Positions 39,730 through 49,535 of a stretch of DNA of 64,000 nt are shown one piece after another. The notes below the pieces were generated by a model. The model was not told the origin of the DNA and did not search any database. It saw nothing but the letters and a program-made list of their open reading frames with translations. The DNA comes from Bacteriovoracia bacterium (GTDB lineage: Bacteria; Bdellovibrionota; UBA1018; JBFWNL01). Numbering within the stretch: the first letter of the stretch is position 1; each line of letters begins with the position of its first letter. The DNA lies in assembly GCA_050251055.1 (NCBI GenBank), contig JBFWNL010000002.1, forward strand, positions 160,001 to 224,000, in the 5' to 3' direction. The translations under genes were made by a program, and so were the position numbers.

Positions 39730-40233
39730 ATGAAGAAGAAACTCGTTAAACTGAGCGCCATTTTTTACTCGGCATTCGTCTTTTTATCCCCGGCTTCGCA
39801 CGGAGACGCGCCGTCTAACGACCCGCAAACCCTGGAAGCTTTTGCCAAAGAAAACGGAGTTACCGAAGAGTATATTCGCTCGCTTTTCAAAATCGACGAC
39901 GTGGCCGCGACTTTCAAGAAGTGGGCGACCTCGAATTACATCGACGTACTTTTGCCCGATGAATCCAAGGACCGCCCGGGAACGGACCTGCTCAAAACCC
40001 AGTATCAGGTCACGAACGAGTGTTTTAAACAGATCCGCAGCAAACACCCGAAGATGCTCGTACGGACCCGAACCATTCGCTTGACGAACCAAGACCTTTC
40101 GATCGTGAGCGGCAAGACTTACTGCAAAGACGCCCACGGACAGTACGCGGAATGTTCCGTTCGTATCGGGTCGGCGGTCTCGGTTCAAGAGTGCGTGAAC
40201 TACATCACCTTGAACCAGTTGGACGCGCCCTAG
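39730..40233 (+). CDS. Secreted hypothetical protein
   Basis: AGGAG RBS; MKKKLVKLSAIF signal peptide; four Cys. Confidence 0.65.
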   Translation: MKKKLVKLSAIFYSAFVFLSPASHGDAPSNDPQTLEAFAKENGVTEEYIRSLFKIDDVAATFKKWATSNYIDVLLPDESKDRPGTDLLKTQYQVTNECFKQIRSKHPKMLVRTRTIRLTNQDLSIVSGKTYCKDAHGQYAECSVRIGSAVSVQECVNYITLNQLDAP

Positions 40234-41297
40234 TTGGGGTTTTCCAGATCCCACCAAGTCTGGATTCGTTCACAGAGATCGGTAGTGGCGCATTGATTCC
40301 CTCCTCCGTGAGCGAGTCCACCGCTCGCCTTGAGGAAGTATCGGTTGTTCATGCGCGTTCCCTCCGGCGGCGGAGGGGATAAAAGATGGGGCCGGGCACG
40401 GGAGTAATCGTTCATCTCGAACCCATGGCAACCCACGCACGTGAGTAGCGGCGCGACCTGGCTGTTGAAGTACCCGCGCGCTGGATTCGACTCGTGTCGA
40501 TAGGAAAGCGGCGAACCCGGCAGACGCTGCAAAGTGCCCGTCGAGGGATCGATGGCAAACGCATCGATGCTGTGCTCGATGCCGTCCTGATATTGAATCG
40601 GAGGCGTGAAGGTAAATCCGTGCGCTCCCGGAATCGCTCCGGCCGTACGCGAGTCATTGGCGACCACGGTACCCGCCGAAGGGAGGCTGGCAAGATTGGC
40701 CAGATCGAGCGGAAAGCCGGTGGAGATGTAAAAACGCACCCGAATGGGTTCGTCCGCCGCGTCGGGGTCTGCCGCCCAGCCACTCACCTCGGGCCCGGTG
40801 ACCGAAAGCAACGCGCCCTGAGGCATTTGGTTGCCGGCGGGTATGCTCAAGCGAAAACTAAACGGCGAACCTGGCAACTCCTCCGATTGCCCCGTGTTGA
40901 GGGTCTTGCCCCGCACGACGATCCGGTGGAGCTGACCATCCTTCAGCGCGCCAGGGATTTCATAGAAAAAGCCGTGACTCCCGGGGTTCCCGGTTCCCTC
41001 GCGCGGTTGATTGGCCAACAAAAAGATGGGACTTCCCCCATCGATGTATAAATCCACGAACGTCGGATCCAGGGGACGAGCGGGGTCAACGACCCAACCC
41101 GACAAAGTTTCCGCGGTTAATCGGGAATCCACCGCCCCCTGAAGCAAGCGAACGGAAGGGGTCGGCTCATCCGATGGGTCTGAAGTAGGATCCAATGCCG
41201 GAAAGCTCGTCTGATCGGGGGACCGGTTCTGCTCGACCGAACATCCCAAACCCAAAAGACCGGCAATGCCCAATAGTGCAAACCCTTTCAACCCCAT
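40230..41297 (-). CDS. Lipoprotein with two Ig-like repeats and a C-terminal CxxCH domain
   Basis: Lipobox LGLG-C; repeated SGW..DP..HGF..LPGSP units; CVGCH and HGGG. Confidence 0.7.
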   Translation of the reverse strand: MGLKGFALLGIAGLLGLGCSVEQNRSPDQTSFPALDPTSDPSDEPTPSVRLLQGAVDSRLTAETLSGWVVDPARPLDPTFVDLYIDGGSPIFLLANQPREGTGNPGSHGFFYEIPGALKDGQLHRIVVRGKTLNTGQSEELPGSPFSFRLSIPAGNQMPQGALLSVTGPEVSGWAADPDAADEPIRVRFYISTGFPLDLANLASLPSAGTVVANDSRTAGAIPGAHGFTFTPPIQYQDGIEHSIDAFAIDPSTGTLQRLPGSPLSYRHESNPARGYFNSQVAPLLTCVGCHGFEMNDYSRARPHLLSPPPPEGTRMNNRYFLKASGGLAHGGGNQCATTDLCERIQTWWDLENPN

Positions 41298-41318
41298 GGC
41301 GTGATCCTCCCGGCGAGA

Positions 41319-41750
41319 TTACTGTTTCAGTGCGAATGAGCAGGCCGCCACACACGCCGCGTGCTCCTCTTCGGCTTGCAGCCGCAGATAGCCTATCTCC
41401 TCCAGTAACTCTTTTCTGCACGCTTCTCTTTCGGATGCCGGGGCAACGGGACAACTTGCCAACGCGCGCTTTAAAGCGACTCCGAACTGCATGAACAGAG
41501 AGTCCCGAACCTCGTCACAGCCATCGACACAGTACTCATAGTTCGTCTCGCTCAAACGCCACTTCCACGGCGGATCGTCGTGGCCCCAGTCAAAATCCGG
41601 CCAACCTTCCTGCTCCGCCACGACGGGGGTCGCCGCCGGGATCGAAGCACTGGACGAAAATGCAAAGCTAGCCGCGGTACTTCCCGCCACGGCCGCGCTG
41701 GAGGAAGTAATCAAAACCAAGACCGCGAAGAGTTTCATCATTGGATTCAT
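41319..41750 (-). CDS. Secreted Cys-rich helical hypothetical protein
   Basis: MNPMMKLFAVLVL signal; CxxxC pairs; GAGAGG RBS. Confidence 0.6.
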   Translation of the reverse strand: MNPMMKLFAVLVLITSSSAAVAGSTAASFAFSSSASIPAATPVVAEQEGWPDFDWGHDDPPWKWRLSETNYEYCVDGCDEVRDSLFMQFGVALKRALASCPVAPASEREACRKELLEEIGYLRLQAEEEHAACVAACSFALKQ

Positions 41751-42043
41751 TTCCGTTTCCCTCTCTTTGAAAAGTTTCAATACCGGTGCCCAGAACTCGT
41801 TCGGGGGCGAATTCTGGGCTTCCGGCAACTGTGCTCGGCGTATTTTAGGGGCGAACATTTCATTCGACGCCGATGAGTCCAAGTTACCAAATCCGACTAT
41901 TTTAATCAATATAAAAAATGAATATTAGTAAGCGATAAAATTATTATTTAATTTAAAATATTGTTTTTATTGAATTAATTATGTTATTTAAAATAAATTT
42001 GAAATTAAATTGTATAAATATGTAAGCGTTTGTACCATTAAGT

Positions 42044-42895
42044 ATGCCCACTCACACCCCCAGCCGACGTCCGGATGTCTTTCGCCATTCCAGCGCCGCC
42101 ACCTTCCTGAAGGAGTGGATCTCATATCGCCGAGGCAAGGCCGGCACCCTGAGCGCCCGCGGCATCGCGCGGGCCCTAGGATACTCCACGGGCTACCTCG
42201 CCTTGGTGCTCAACCGGAAACGAGCGCTGCCAATGGAACTTTTAGAAAAAATGCTGCCGCATTTAGGGCTCGCCGAGCACGAAGCCCGGCACCTACGGAA
42301 CTTAAGGGAAAAAGATGCGCAAAATACATTGGCCGGGGATCAAGCGTTTGCCCGTCAGGCCCAGCGCTCGCGTCGCTATCAACATCTAAATCCCCTCGAA
42401 TACCAAACCTACCGCTACATGAGCCAATGGCTCTGCGTGGTGATCCGAGAAATGGCTCGACTCCTACCCGCCCCGCGAACGATCGAGGATATCCAAGCCA
42501 CCCTTCTGTTTCACGCCCGCCGCGAAGAGATCCGGCCCGCGCTCGAGTTCTTGGTCCGTAATCGATTTCTGAAAAAAAACCCCACCGGCGACCTTCAGCT
42601 ACCGAACGAAAACTTAATCGAATGCCGCGGAGATATTTATCGACTCGCCCTCGCCCGCTATCACCAGTCCATGCTCAACCGAGCTATCGACGCGATCGAA
42701 GTCACCCCCCGCGAAGATCGCTTACTCGAGGGCCTTACCGTCGCCCTCAGCGAACCCGAATACCAAGCGGCATGCGCGATCCTAAACTCCGCCATCAACC
42801 AAGTCATGAGCTTGGCTCAAAGCACTTCCAACAAGCAAAGCGTCTACCACCTAGGGGTCCTCGCGTACCCTCTCACCAAAAAGACCGCGTCCTAG
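42044..42895 (+). CDS. TIGR02147/DUF4423 family HTH protein, copy 3
   Basis: LSARGIARALGYSTGYL..RKRAL; WLCVVIREM; VYHLGVLAYPL. Confidence 0.82.
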   Translation: MPTHTPSRRPDVFRHSSAATFLKEWISYRRGKAGTLSARGIARALGYSTGYLALVLNRKRALPMELLEKMLPHLGLAEHEARHLRNLREKDAQNTLAGDQAFARQAQRSRRYQHLNPLEYQTYRYMSQWLCVVIREMARLLPAPRTIEDIQATLLFHARREEIRPALEFLVRNRFLKKNPTGDLQLPNENLIECRGDIYRLALARYHQSMLNRAIDAIEVTPREDRLLEGLTVALSEPEYQAACAILNSAINQVMSLAQSTSNKQSVYHLGVLAYPLTKKTAS

Positions 42896-43771
42896 CTAAT
42901 CCTTCAATTCACCCAAGGGAATCCGCAGATAACGCCGACCGTTCGGCGCGGGCTTGGGCAGATGACCCGCATCGATATTCACCTGGATTGATGGCAGCAA
43001 CAACTTTGGAGCCGCCAGCGTCCGATCTCTTTCCGTCCGAAAACGCACGAACTCCTCGCGCGAGGTCTGGGCTTTTAATTGGATGTTTTCCGCTTTCTGC
43101 TCGGCCAAGGTAGCCATGCACCTCAATGAACGACCGTTCGGGAGATAGTCGTGACCGGTGTAAACTTTCGTTTCCCCCGGAAGGCCGTAGAGCCGATCGT
43201 GCACGGAATGGTATAAGTCGATCGCGCTTCCGGCCGGAAAATCGCACCGGCCCGTACCGTAGTCCGGCATAAACAAAGCATCCCCCACGAATACGTTGCC
43301 ATCGATCAAGTAAGACGCGCAGGCGGGCGTGTGGCCTGGGGTGAAAAGCACCTCGATGGGTATCGCACCTGCAGGAAACTTCTCGCCATCCTTCAAAAGC
43401 CGGTCAAACTGGGAACCATCGGTTTTAAAATCCGCCGGCAGACCGAACACGTCCTTGAATATCTCCTGAACTTTCGTGATCCGCTCTCCGATCGCTATCT
43501 TCGCGGAGGGAAATTCTCGCTTGATGATTTGCGAACCGCTGAGGTGATCGGCATGGGCATGGGTCTCCAAAATATAGTGTAAATTGAGCGATCGTCCGCG
43601 CAAAAACTCAGCCACTTGCTTGGCCGACAGCTCGCCGATCTTGGCCGAGGCCGGATCGTAGTCCATCACGGGATCGATCACGACCGCGTCCCGGGTTTTT
43701 TCGTCCCAGACCACGTAAGAAAGAGTCCAAGTGCTCTTATCGAAGAATTCCTTGATTTGGACCATAGCCAT
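42896..43771 (-). CDS. Persulfide dioxygenase (ETHE1/Blh-like metallo-beta-lactamase fold)
   Basis: [40 protein letters not shown]. Confidence 0.93.
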   Translation of the reverse strand: MAMVQIKEFFDKSTWTLSYVVWDEKTRDAVVIDPVMDYDPASAKIGELSAKQVAEFLRGRSLNLHYILETHAHADHLSGSQIIKREFPSAKIAIGERITKVQEIFKDVFGLPADFKTDGSQFDRLLKDGEKFPAGAIPIEVLFTPGHTPACASYLIDGNVFVGDALFMPDYGTGRCDFPAGSAIDLYHSVHDRLYGLPGETKVYTGHDYLPNGRSLRCMATLAEQKAENIQLKAQTSREEFVRFRTERDRTLAAPKLLLPSIQVNIDAGHLPKPAPNGRRYLRIPLGELKD

Positions 43772-43780
43772 TCTCCTCTA

Positions 43781-44584
43781 TCAAACCGACAAACGGTGAA
43801 ACTGCTCGATCAAGATGGAAGCCCCCATCAAAAGCACCAGCCACCCGAATGCGGTCTTCAGCTTTTTCTCCTGAATCCGATGCGCGAAGGTGGCGCCGGC
43901 AACGATACCGCAGGCGGCCGTCATCGCGATGCCGAATAACAACGTGCCCTGAAAAGCCATTCCTCGCATCAGATCCCCCGCGAAACCCAGGAGCGACTGA
44001 AGAGCGATAATCATTAATGAGGTGCCAATCGCCAACCTCATAGGCAGGCCCACGAGCAGCACCAGGGCCGGCACGATCAGGAAACCTCCTCCCGCTCCCA
44101 CGAAACCTGCAATCACACCGATGATCAGACCTTGAAGGGTCACCTGGACGAATCGTGCCGGCCCGACACCTCCTCCGGGGGCTTGCGATCGTCTTCCTCG
44201 AATCATGGAATAGGATGCCGCGATCATCAAAGCCGCAAAGCTAGCCATCACGAGGATTTCCTTGGTCAGATGAAAGCCGCCAACGTTTGCCACCACGTTC
44301 GGCAAATTGGGCACGACCAGGCCCCGGGAGATATTCACGCCGATCACGCTGGGAATAGCGAATAGGCCGCCCGTTTTAAAATCCACGTCCCCCCTTCGGA
44401 TATACACCAAGCTCCCAAACAACGCCGTCATGCCGACGACGAAGAGCGAATTCCCGGCGGCTTCCGTTGGCGGGAGATCAAACAAGTACACCAAAATAGG
44501 CACGGTCAAGATGGAACCGCCGCCGCCCATCAATCCCAAGATCACCCCCATCATTAAGCTTGCGGCATAGCCAAGAAAATCCAC
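43781..44584 (-). CDS. Sulfite exporter TauE/SafE family
   Basis: [26 protein letters not shown]. Confidence 0.9.
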   Translation of the reverse strand: MDFLGYAASLMMGVILGLMGGGGSILTVPILVYLFDLPPTEAAGNSLFVVGMTALFGSLVYIRRGDVDFKTGGLFAIPSVIGVNISRGLVVPNLPNVVANVGGFHLTKEILVMASFAALMIAASYSMIRGRRSQAPGGGVGPARFVQVTLQGLIIGVIAGFVGAGGGFLIVPALVLLVGLPMRLAIGTSLMIIALQSLLGFAGDLMRGMAFQGTLLFGIAMTAACGIVAGATFAHRIQEKKLKTAFGWLVLLMGASILIEQFHRLSV

Positions 44585-44586
44585 GC

Positions 44587-45027
44587 TTACTCCCGAAGCC
44601 CCAAGTAAGGCTCGGTCGCACGGAAGAGGAGCATTCCTGAAGCCATGGCCCCCACAAAGAGAAGCGCCCGGGCATCTCCCGTGGCCAACGACGTCACCCC
44701 CGGGCCGGGGCAGAATCCACCCAGCCCCCAGCCGAGGCCAAAAATGGCTGAACCTAAAATCAGCCGCGCCGTCACGTCCTTGCGATGAGAAACATGCCAG
44801 GCGGCGTCCAACAAAGGCGAAGACCTTCGCTTAATAAGCGGATAGGTCACGGCATGGACACCGACCGCCCCCAACATCACGAAAAGAAGCGAGGGGTCCC
44901 ATTGCCATGGATCCAAGAAGCCGATCACCCGCTGGGGTTGGGTCATGCCCGACAGGGCCAGCCCCATCGCGAACAATACCCCGGCGCCAAACGAAACCGC
45001 ATACTGACCGAGCCGAACCGCGGTCAT
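44587..45027 (-). CDS. YeeE/YedE family sulfur transporter, half 2
   Basis: SGMTQPQRVIGFLD, WDPSL, FGLGWGLGGFCPGP. Confidence 0.9.
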   Translation of the reverse strand: MTAVRLGQYAVSFGAGVLFAMGLALSGMTQPQRVIGFLDPWQWDPSLLFVMLGAVGVHAVTYPLIKRRSSPLLDAAWHVSHRKDVTARLILGSAIFGLGWGLGGFCPGPGVTSLATGDARALLFVGAMASGMLLFRATEPYLGLRE

Positions 45028-45458
45028 CCTTGATCTCCCAGTAGCGCGCGCATGATCTGCACGGAAAGAAAACCGAAGGCCATAAAAGTCAGGGTGGCGA
45101 CCAGCGACCGAAAGGAGAAGCGGCTTAAGCCGCAGATCCCATGGCCGCTCGTGCATCCACTTCCCAACACCGTCCCGTATCCAACCAGCAATCCGGCCAA
45201 GGCGATCGACCACCCGCTTCGACCAGACTGGTTGTCAAAGTAAGCAGGATCGACGTGAAACATGAAAGCGCCGCCCGCGACCAAACCCCCGACAAACATC
45301 CAACGCCAAATAATGCCTTGCGAAGGCCTCGCCAGGGACGCGGCAACGATCCCGCTAATGCCGGTCACTCGGCCATTAAAAAGCAACATCACGGTGACCG
45401 CCAGCCCGATTACCGCACCACCCAACAAGCCATTCAGAACCGAATTAATGTTAGTCAT
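45024..45458 (-). CDS. YeeE/YedE family sulfur transporter, half 1
   Basis: NGRVTGISG, GSGCTSGHGICGLSR. Confidence 0.9.
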   Translation of the reverse strand: MTNINSVLNGLLGGAVIGLAVTVMLLFNGRVTGISGIVAASLARPSQGIIWRWMFVGGLVAGGAFMFHVDPAYFDNQSGRSGWSIALAGLLVGYGTVLGSGCTSGHGICGLSRFSFRSLVATLTFMAFGFLSVQIMRALLGDQG

Positions 45459-45507
45459 TTTTTCGCATTACCTTGCTACCCTGTTTTTCATATTATAATA
45501 CTATAAT

Positions 45508-45822
45508 ATGAAAAATCAAGGCGCGAACAAAGCGCTGCCGCATCTAAGGAAAAAAAGCGCGGAGGTGGCCGCCCTACTCAAACAGATGACGCATCCACAA
45601 AGGTTGCTGATACTCTGCAGCCTTGCGGAAGGCGAAAAGTCGGTGGGAGAAATCGAATCGGCTTGCGGCGCCTCTCAATCGGCCGTATCCCAATTCCTAA
45701 AGGGCATGCGAGTAAGCCGACTGATCGCGTCCCGCCGCGAAGGAAAACTGATCTACTATCGAATCGTGGATAAGCGGGTACTGGAGCTGATTCAATCTCT
45801 TTACCGAATTTTTTGCCGGTAG
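45508..45822 (+). CDS. ArsR/SmtB (BigR/SqrR-like) persulfide-sensing repressor
   Basis: HPQRLLILC, SQSAVSQ, C-terminal IFC; divergent from the sulfur operon. Confidence 0.88.
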   Translation: MKNQGANKALPHLRKKSAEVAALLKQMTHPQRLLILCSLAEGEKSVGEIESACGASQSAVSQFLKGMRVSRLIASRREGKLIYYRIVDKRVLELIQSLYRIFCR

Positions 45823-46246
45823 CAGAGGCTTGGTTTACCTCCGCTTGGGGGGGTAAATCGGTTTCGATTTGATTGAGCTCCCGTTCGATCGCCCGCAGTT
45901 CGGGGCCGATCAACGCGCTCACGAACAAAGCCATATAGGACCAAAGAAACACCGCTCCGCCGGTCATCAAGAACATGGCCAACACCTTCCCGCCCGTGGT
46001 TACGGGGACGACGGTCGCACTCCCTACGGTGGTGACAAGGCTCACGGCCCAGCCCAAGCTATCTATAAAGTCGCCCACTCCTGGGTTTACTTCCCGCTCC
46101 AGCCAATGGAATAAGGCGGCGCCCCCCAGCACACAGATATTCCCAAAGAGCGTGACCCTCCAAAAGAAGCGGGAGCGCCACAGCATTCGGGCGCGGCGGC
46201 GAAATGCGTCATCTAACATCCAATTGGGGGTGTGAGTAGATTTCAT
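45578..46246 (-). CDS. Two-TM ion channel (KcsA-like) with atypical filter; 3' end overlaps the ArsR gene
   Basis: FIDSLGWAVSLVTTVGSATVVPVTTGGK pore-helix region. Confidence 0.7.
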   Translation of the reverse strand: MKSTHTPNWMLDDAFRRRARMLWRSRFFWRVTLFGNICVLGGAALFHWLEREVNPGVGDFIDSLGWAVSLVTTVGSATVVPVTTGGKVLAMFLMTGGAVFLWSYMALFVSALIGPELRAIERELNQIETDLPPQAEVNQASATGKKFGKEIESAPVPAYPRFDSRSVFLRGGTRSVGLLACPLGIGIRPIERRRKPIRFLPPTFRLPQGCRVSATFVDASSV

Positions 46247-46552
46247 ATAACTCCTCAGAATTCACGAACTGCGCCAGCCCGAAGGCCCGAGCCAAGCTTC
46301 GACACCTTCGAGCATGGGACAAAGCGCCTCACGGATGTCTCGTTATACCCCATGCGATCTCACTCGGTCTCTTCGAATCGGCGGGCGGGACATTTATCTT
46401 GGAGGGCGGCGAAGAAATAAATTTACGTACTTCACGCGGAGAAACGCGTAAAAAACGCGATACACGGGCCATTTTTTTTGCATTCATCCAACCGTACCGA
46501 AAGTTGGAACACCCGTTGCAGTGGGACCCCCCTCGAAAGAGGAAAACTAGAA

Positions 46553-47272
46553 ATGAAAAAAAATCTACTCGTCGTAGTCTCGCTCCTGCTGTCCGCCCCC
46601 GCCTTCGCAAACCCCGGCGATCCTGAGCTGGTGAATCTCATCCCATCCCAGGTCTACATGCCGACCGGATTCGATCACAATGACAACAGCCAAGTCGTGA
46701 TTCGCGGTGAGTTTAGCAACACCTGCTATAAAGTCGGTCCCACCCAAGTCGAGGTGGATCCCGCTAGCGGTAAGGTCAGCATAAAAAATCAAGCCTACTT
46801 TTACGGCGGCTGCTTCTGCTTCTACGTTTTGGTCCCCTATGACAAGGTCGTCGATCTGGGCATGCTGGCTCCGGGCGACCACGCGCTTTCATTCTCGGAC
46901 GATGACGGCAAAACCGAAGTCCTGGGAAATATCTCCGTGGCCACCGCAAAACCGGGTGCCGGTCCCGACGATTTCCTATACTTGCCCGCGAGCGAGATGA
47001 CCGTCCTAAAGACTCCAGGCCAACCACAAGTGGAGCTGCGCGGCGAATACACCAATACTTGCATGGTACACAAAGAAACCCGCATCGTTCGCAACCGCAA
47101 GGATGTCGTCGAAATTTTGCCGGTCGCCGAAATGCTTACCCGTGACGACTGCCAAAACGCACGCGTACCCTTCGTGATCAAGGCCCAGTTGCCAAAAGAC
47201 CTCAAGGGCAAGGTCCTCGTGCACGCACGGGCCTTAAGCGGCAAGTCCCTCAACCTGCTCGCGGACTTCTAA
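46553..47272 (+). CDS. Secreted hypothetical protein with two repeated beta domains
   Basis: Signal ending AFA; repeated RGEFSNTC/RGEYTNTC. Confidence 0.7.
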   Translation: MKKNLLVVVSLLLSAPAFANPGDPELVNLIPSQVYMPTGFDHNDNSQVVIRGEFSNTCYKVGPTQVEVDPASGKVSIKNQAYFYGGCFCFYVLVPYDKVVDLGMLAPGDHALSFSDDDGKTEVLGNISVATAKPGAGPDDFLYLPASEMTVLKTPGQPQVELRGEYTNTCMVHKETRIVRNRKDVVEILPVAEMLTRDDCQNARVPFVIKAQLPKDLKGKVLVHARALSGKSLNLLADF

Positions 47273-47279
47273 GCCGATC

Positions 47280-47322
47280 AAAAAACGGCGCCGGGCCCGC
47301 CGGGTTCCGGCGCCGTTTTTTT
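47280..47322. terminator. Bidirectional intrinsic terminator
   Basis: AAAAAACGGCGCCGG...CCGGCGCCGTTTTTTT. Confidence 0.85.
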
Positions 47323-47450
47323 GGGGCGGAAATTCCGATGAATGGGGTGAATTGCCCCACGCCGACACCCACCGCCGATCTCGAATATCGGAGTTTTTAA
47401 AATTATCAAATAAAATCAATAGTATACAAAGCAGCCACGGCGTAGTCAGT

Positions 47451-47467
47451 TTGGCTCGCTTGGTGCT
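47451..47467 (+). promoter_or_regulatory. Sigma54 (-24/-12) promoter
   Basis: TTGGCTCGCTTGGTGCT, GG-N10-GC, about 25 bp before the CBS gene. Confidence 0.65.
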
Positions 47468-47491
47468 TTGTAGACGAATAGGAGAACGCCA

Positions 47492-47896
47492 ATGAAACAG
47501 ATGCCTAAGATTCAAAAAGTCATGACCGCAATGCCCCACACCATCGGGAAGGACATCTCGGTTCCCATCGCATTGAGCATGATGCGGGAGCACCGCATCC
47601 GCCACCTCCCCGTCCAGGACGGGGGCGCGCTCGTGGGAATCCTCACTGATCGAGACGTACGATTGGCCTCCTCCCTCAAGGGTGGATCGGAGCTAAAAGT
47701 GGAAGACGTGATGACCTCGGACCCCTTCACCGTATCGCCGGATGCGGCCGTGGACGCGGTGGTCCTCGAAATGGCCGAACATAAATACGGATGCGCGATC
47801 ATCCAGCAGGAAAACGGAAAAGTAGTGGGAATCTTCACGGCCGTGGACGGTTTACGCGTCCTGGGTGAAACATATCAAGCCTTTTACCGGAGTTAA
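47492..47896 (+). CDS. CBS-pair domain protein
   Basis: IRHLPV..LVGILTDRD, VEDVMT, VVGIFT. Confidence 0.9.
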   Translation: MKQMPKIQKVMTAMPHTIGKDISVPIALSMMREHRIRHLPVQDGGALVGILTDRDVRLASSLKGGSELKVEDVMTSDPFTVSPDAAVDAVVLEMAEHKYGCAIIQQENGKVVGIFTAVDGLRVLGETYQAFYRS

Positions 47897-47900
47897 CCCG

Positions 47901-49115
47901 ATGAAAACTTTGCGTCGTTTGAAGTCCGTCGATATTCGCTCCCTAGCGACGACCCTGGTGATAGGCGCCTGTATCGGTGCTTCGGTTTATACCCCTACGG
48001 CTCAGGCCAAGCCGTCTCAAGACCTGAGTCGCAAGATGAGAAACCTGGAAGCGACGCTCCAAGCCCTCATCCTTGATCTCTACGACGACCGACGATTCAA
48101 CGACCCGAAGAATTTCGGCCGGATCGAGCGCAACGCCCAGAAGTTCTCTCGCTTGGCGCACGACCTGAAGGCGAAGCCTGACCTGACCGCCGACCTGGAC
48201 CCCGGCGTGCGCATCATCGCCGAGCTGTTCTCCGCGGAAACCGTGCATGCGTACCGGGCGCTAAAAGGAGGCCACCGCGCCTACGCCCGCGACGTGCTCA
48301 AGTCCGCGACGAACTACTGCATGGCCTGCCATACGCGTAGCCAAGGTCCAAGTTTCCAAGGCGCCCTGAGCGCCAAGGCCTTCGCTCCACTGAAGCCTTA
48401 TGAGCAAGCCATCTTGCTCGCCTCCACCCGGCAATTCGATGGCGCGCTCGAGGAATTCACCCGAGTGGTAAAGGACGCCAACGCGAGCAAGTCCGATCTC
48501 TACGCATGGGAAAAATCCGTGCGTTCGGGGCTGGCCATCGCCGTCCGCGTGAAGCAAGATCCCTCCGCCGCGCTCGCGATCGTGGACCAAGTCCTGAAGA
48601 CTCCGACCGTCCCGCTTTTCCTGAAAGAAAGCGCCACCCAATGGAAGAAGAGTTTGAACGCCTGGCAGTCGGAGCCAAACTCCCAGGCCACGACGGAGGA
48701 AGGCTACTACCAGAAGGCCATCCGCTTCCTAAGCGAGGCCCGCGCTCTCCAACGATATCCGCTTGATCGATCCGCCGACATTCTTTATCTGCGGGCTAGC
48801 GCGGCGATCCACGACATGCTGAGAACCGCACCGAACGGAAAGCACGTCACCGAAGGACTCTATCTAGCGGGACTGGCTTACGAGGTGCTGTCCGACTTAA
48901 GCCTGCCAGATTTGCATGAGTTTTACTTCTTGGCTTGCATTCAAAGCGCGCCGCACTCGGAGTTCGCCCGTCGGTGCTTTGAGCGTTATGAACAGGACGT
49001 CATCTACGGTTACACGGGAAGCGCGGGCACGGACATTCCGGATGACATCCAAGGAAAGCTACGCCGGTTGGACGCCCTCTCCCTGCCGTTAACGGCGCCG
49101 AAGGAGTTACAATGA
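47901..49115 (+). CDS. Secreted cytochrome c'-like (CMACH) protein with TPR-like helices
   Basis: Signal peptide; helical domain ending CMACHTR; helical repeats. Confidence 0.7.
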   Translation: MKTLRRLKSVDIRSLATTLVIGACIGASVYTPTAQAKPSQDLSRKMRNLEATLQALILDLYDDRRFNDPKNFGRIERNAQKFSRLAHDLKAKPDLTADLDPGVRIIAELFSAETVHAYRALKGGHRAYARDVLKSATNYCMACHTRSQGPSFQGALSAKAFAPLKPYEQAILLASTRQFDGALEEFTRVVKDANASKSDLYAWEKSVRSGLAIAVRVKQDPSAALAIVDQVLKTPTVPLFLKESATQWKKSLNAWQSEPNSQATTEEGYYQKAIRFLSEARALQRYPLDRSADILYLRASAAIHDMLRTAPNGKHVTEGLYLAGLAYEVLSDLSLPDLHEFYFLACIQSAPHSEFARRCFERYEQDVIYGYTGSAGTDIPDDIQGKLRRLDALSLPLTAPKELQ

Positions 49116-49471
49116 ACGCCGTCGTCGTTTGGATCGATCACGAGCACGCCAAGCTGTATTCTTTTTCCGCCGAACGCATGTCGCGCGAGATACTGCGGGC
49201 GACTTACGTTGACCACCATACCCACCTGCGCGACCGGGCGGAAAGGGGGCTACCCGGTTTATTTCGGGAAGTGGCGGATCGCGTACGGGGCGCCCAGGGC
49301 ATCCTAATCGTGGGGCCGGGCACCGCCCGCTCGGAGTTCCTGCATTATCTGCAGGCAGACGAGAAACCGCTCGCCGCCCGCGTGGTCGCCTGCGAGCCGG
49401 TCGATCACCCGAGTGACGCTGAAATCGCCACCTTTGCCGCCCGCTATTTCCAACGCCCCCTCGCTTCCTAA
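49112..49471 (+). CDS. Small eRF1 domain-2-like ('translational machinery') protein
   Basis: VVWIDHEHAK, ILIVGPGTARSEF, DHPSDAEI; ATGA coupling. Confidence 0.75.
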   Translation: MNAVVVWIDHEHAKLYSFSAERMSREILRATYVDHHTHLRDRAERGLPGLFREVADRVRGAQGILIVGPGTARSEFLHYLQADEKPLAARVVACEPVDHPSDAEIATFAARYFQRPLAS

Positions 49472-49535
49472 ATCGTCACACGCAGTTTCGTTTTTGGGGC
49501 TTTTTACGGCGATTTGGGGTACTTTTAGGTGAAAT

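Noticed and set aside
42896-45822. Persulfide dioxygenase-TauE-YeeE-BigR cluster as a novel system
   Set aside because: Well-known sulfide-detoxification arrangement
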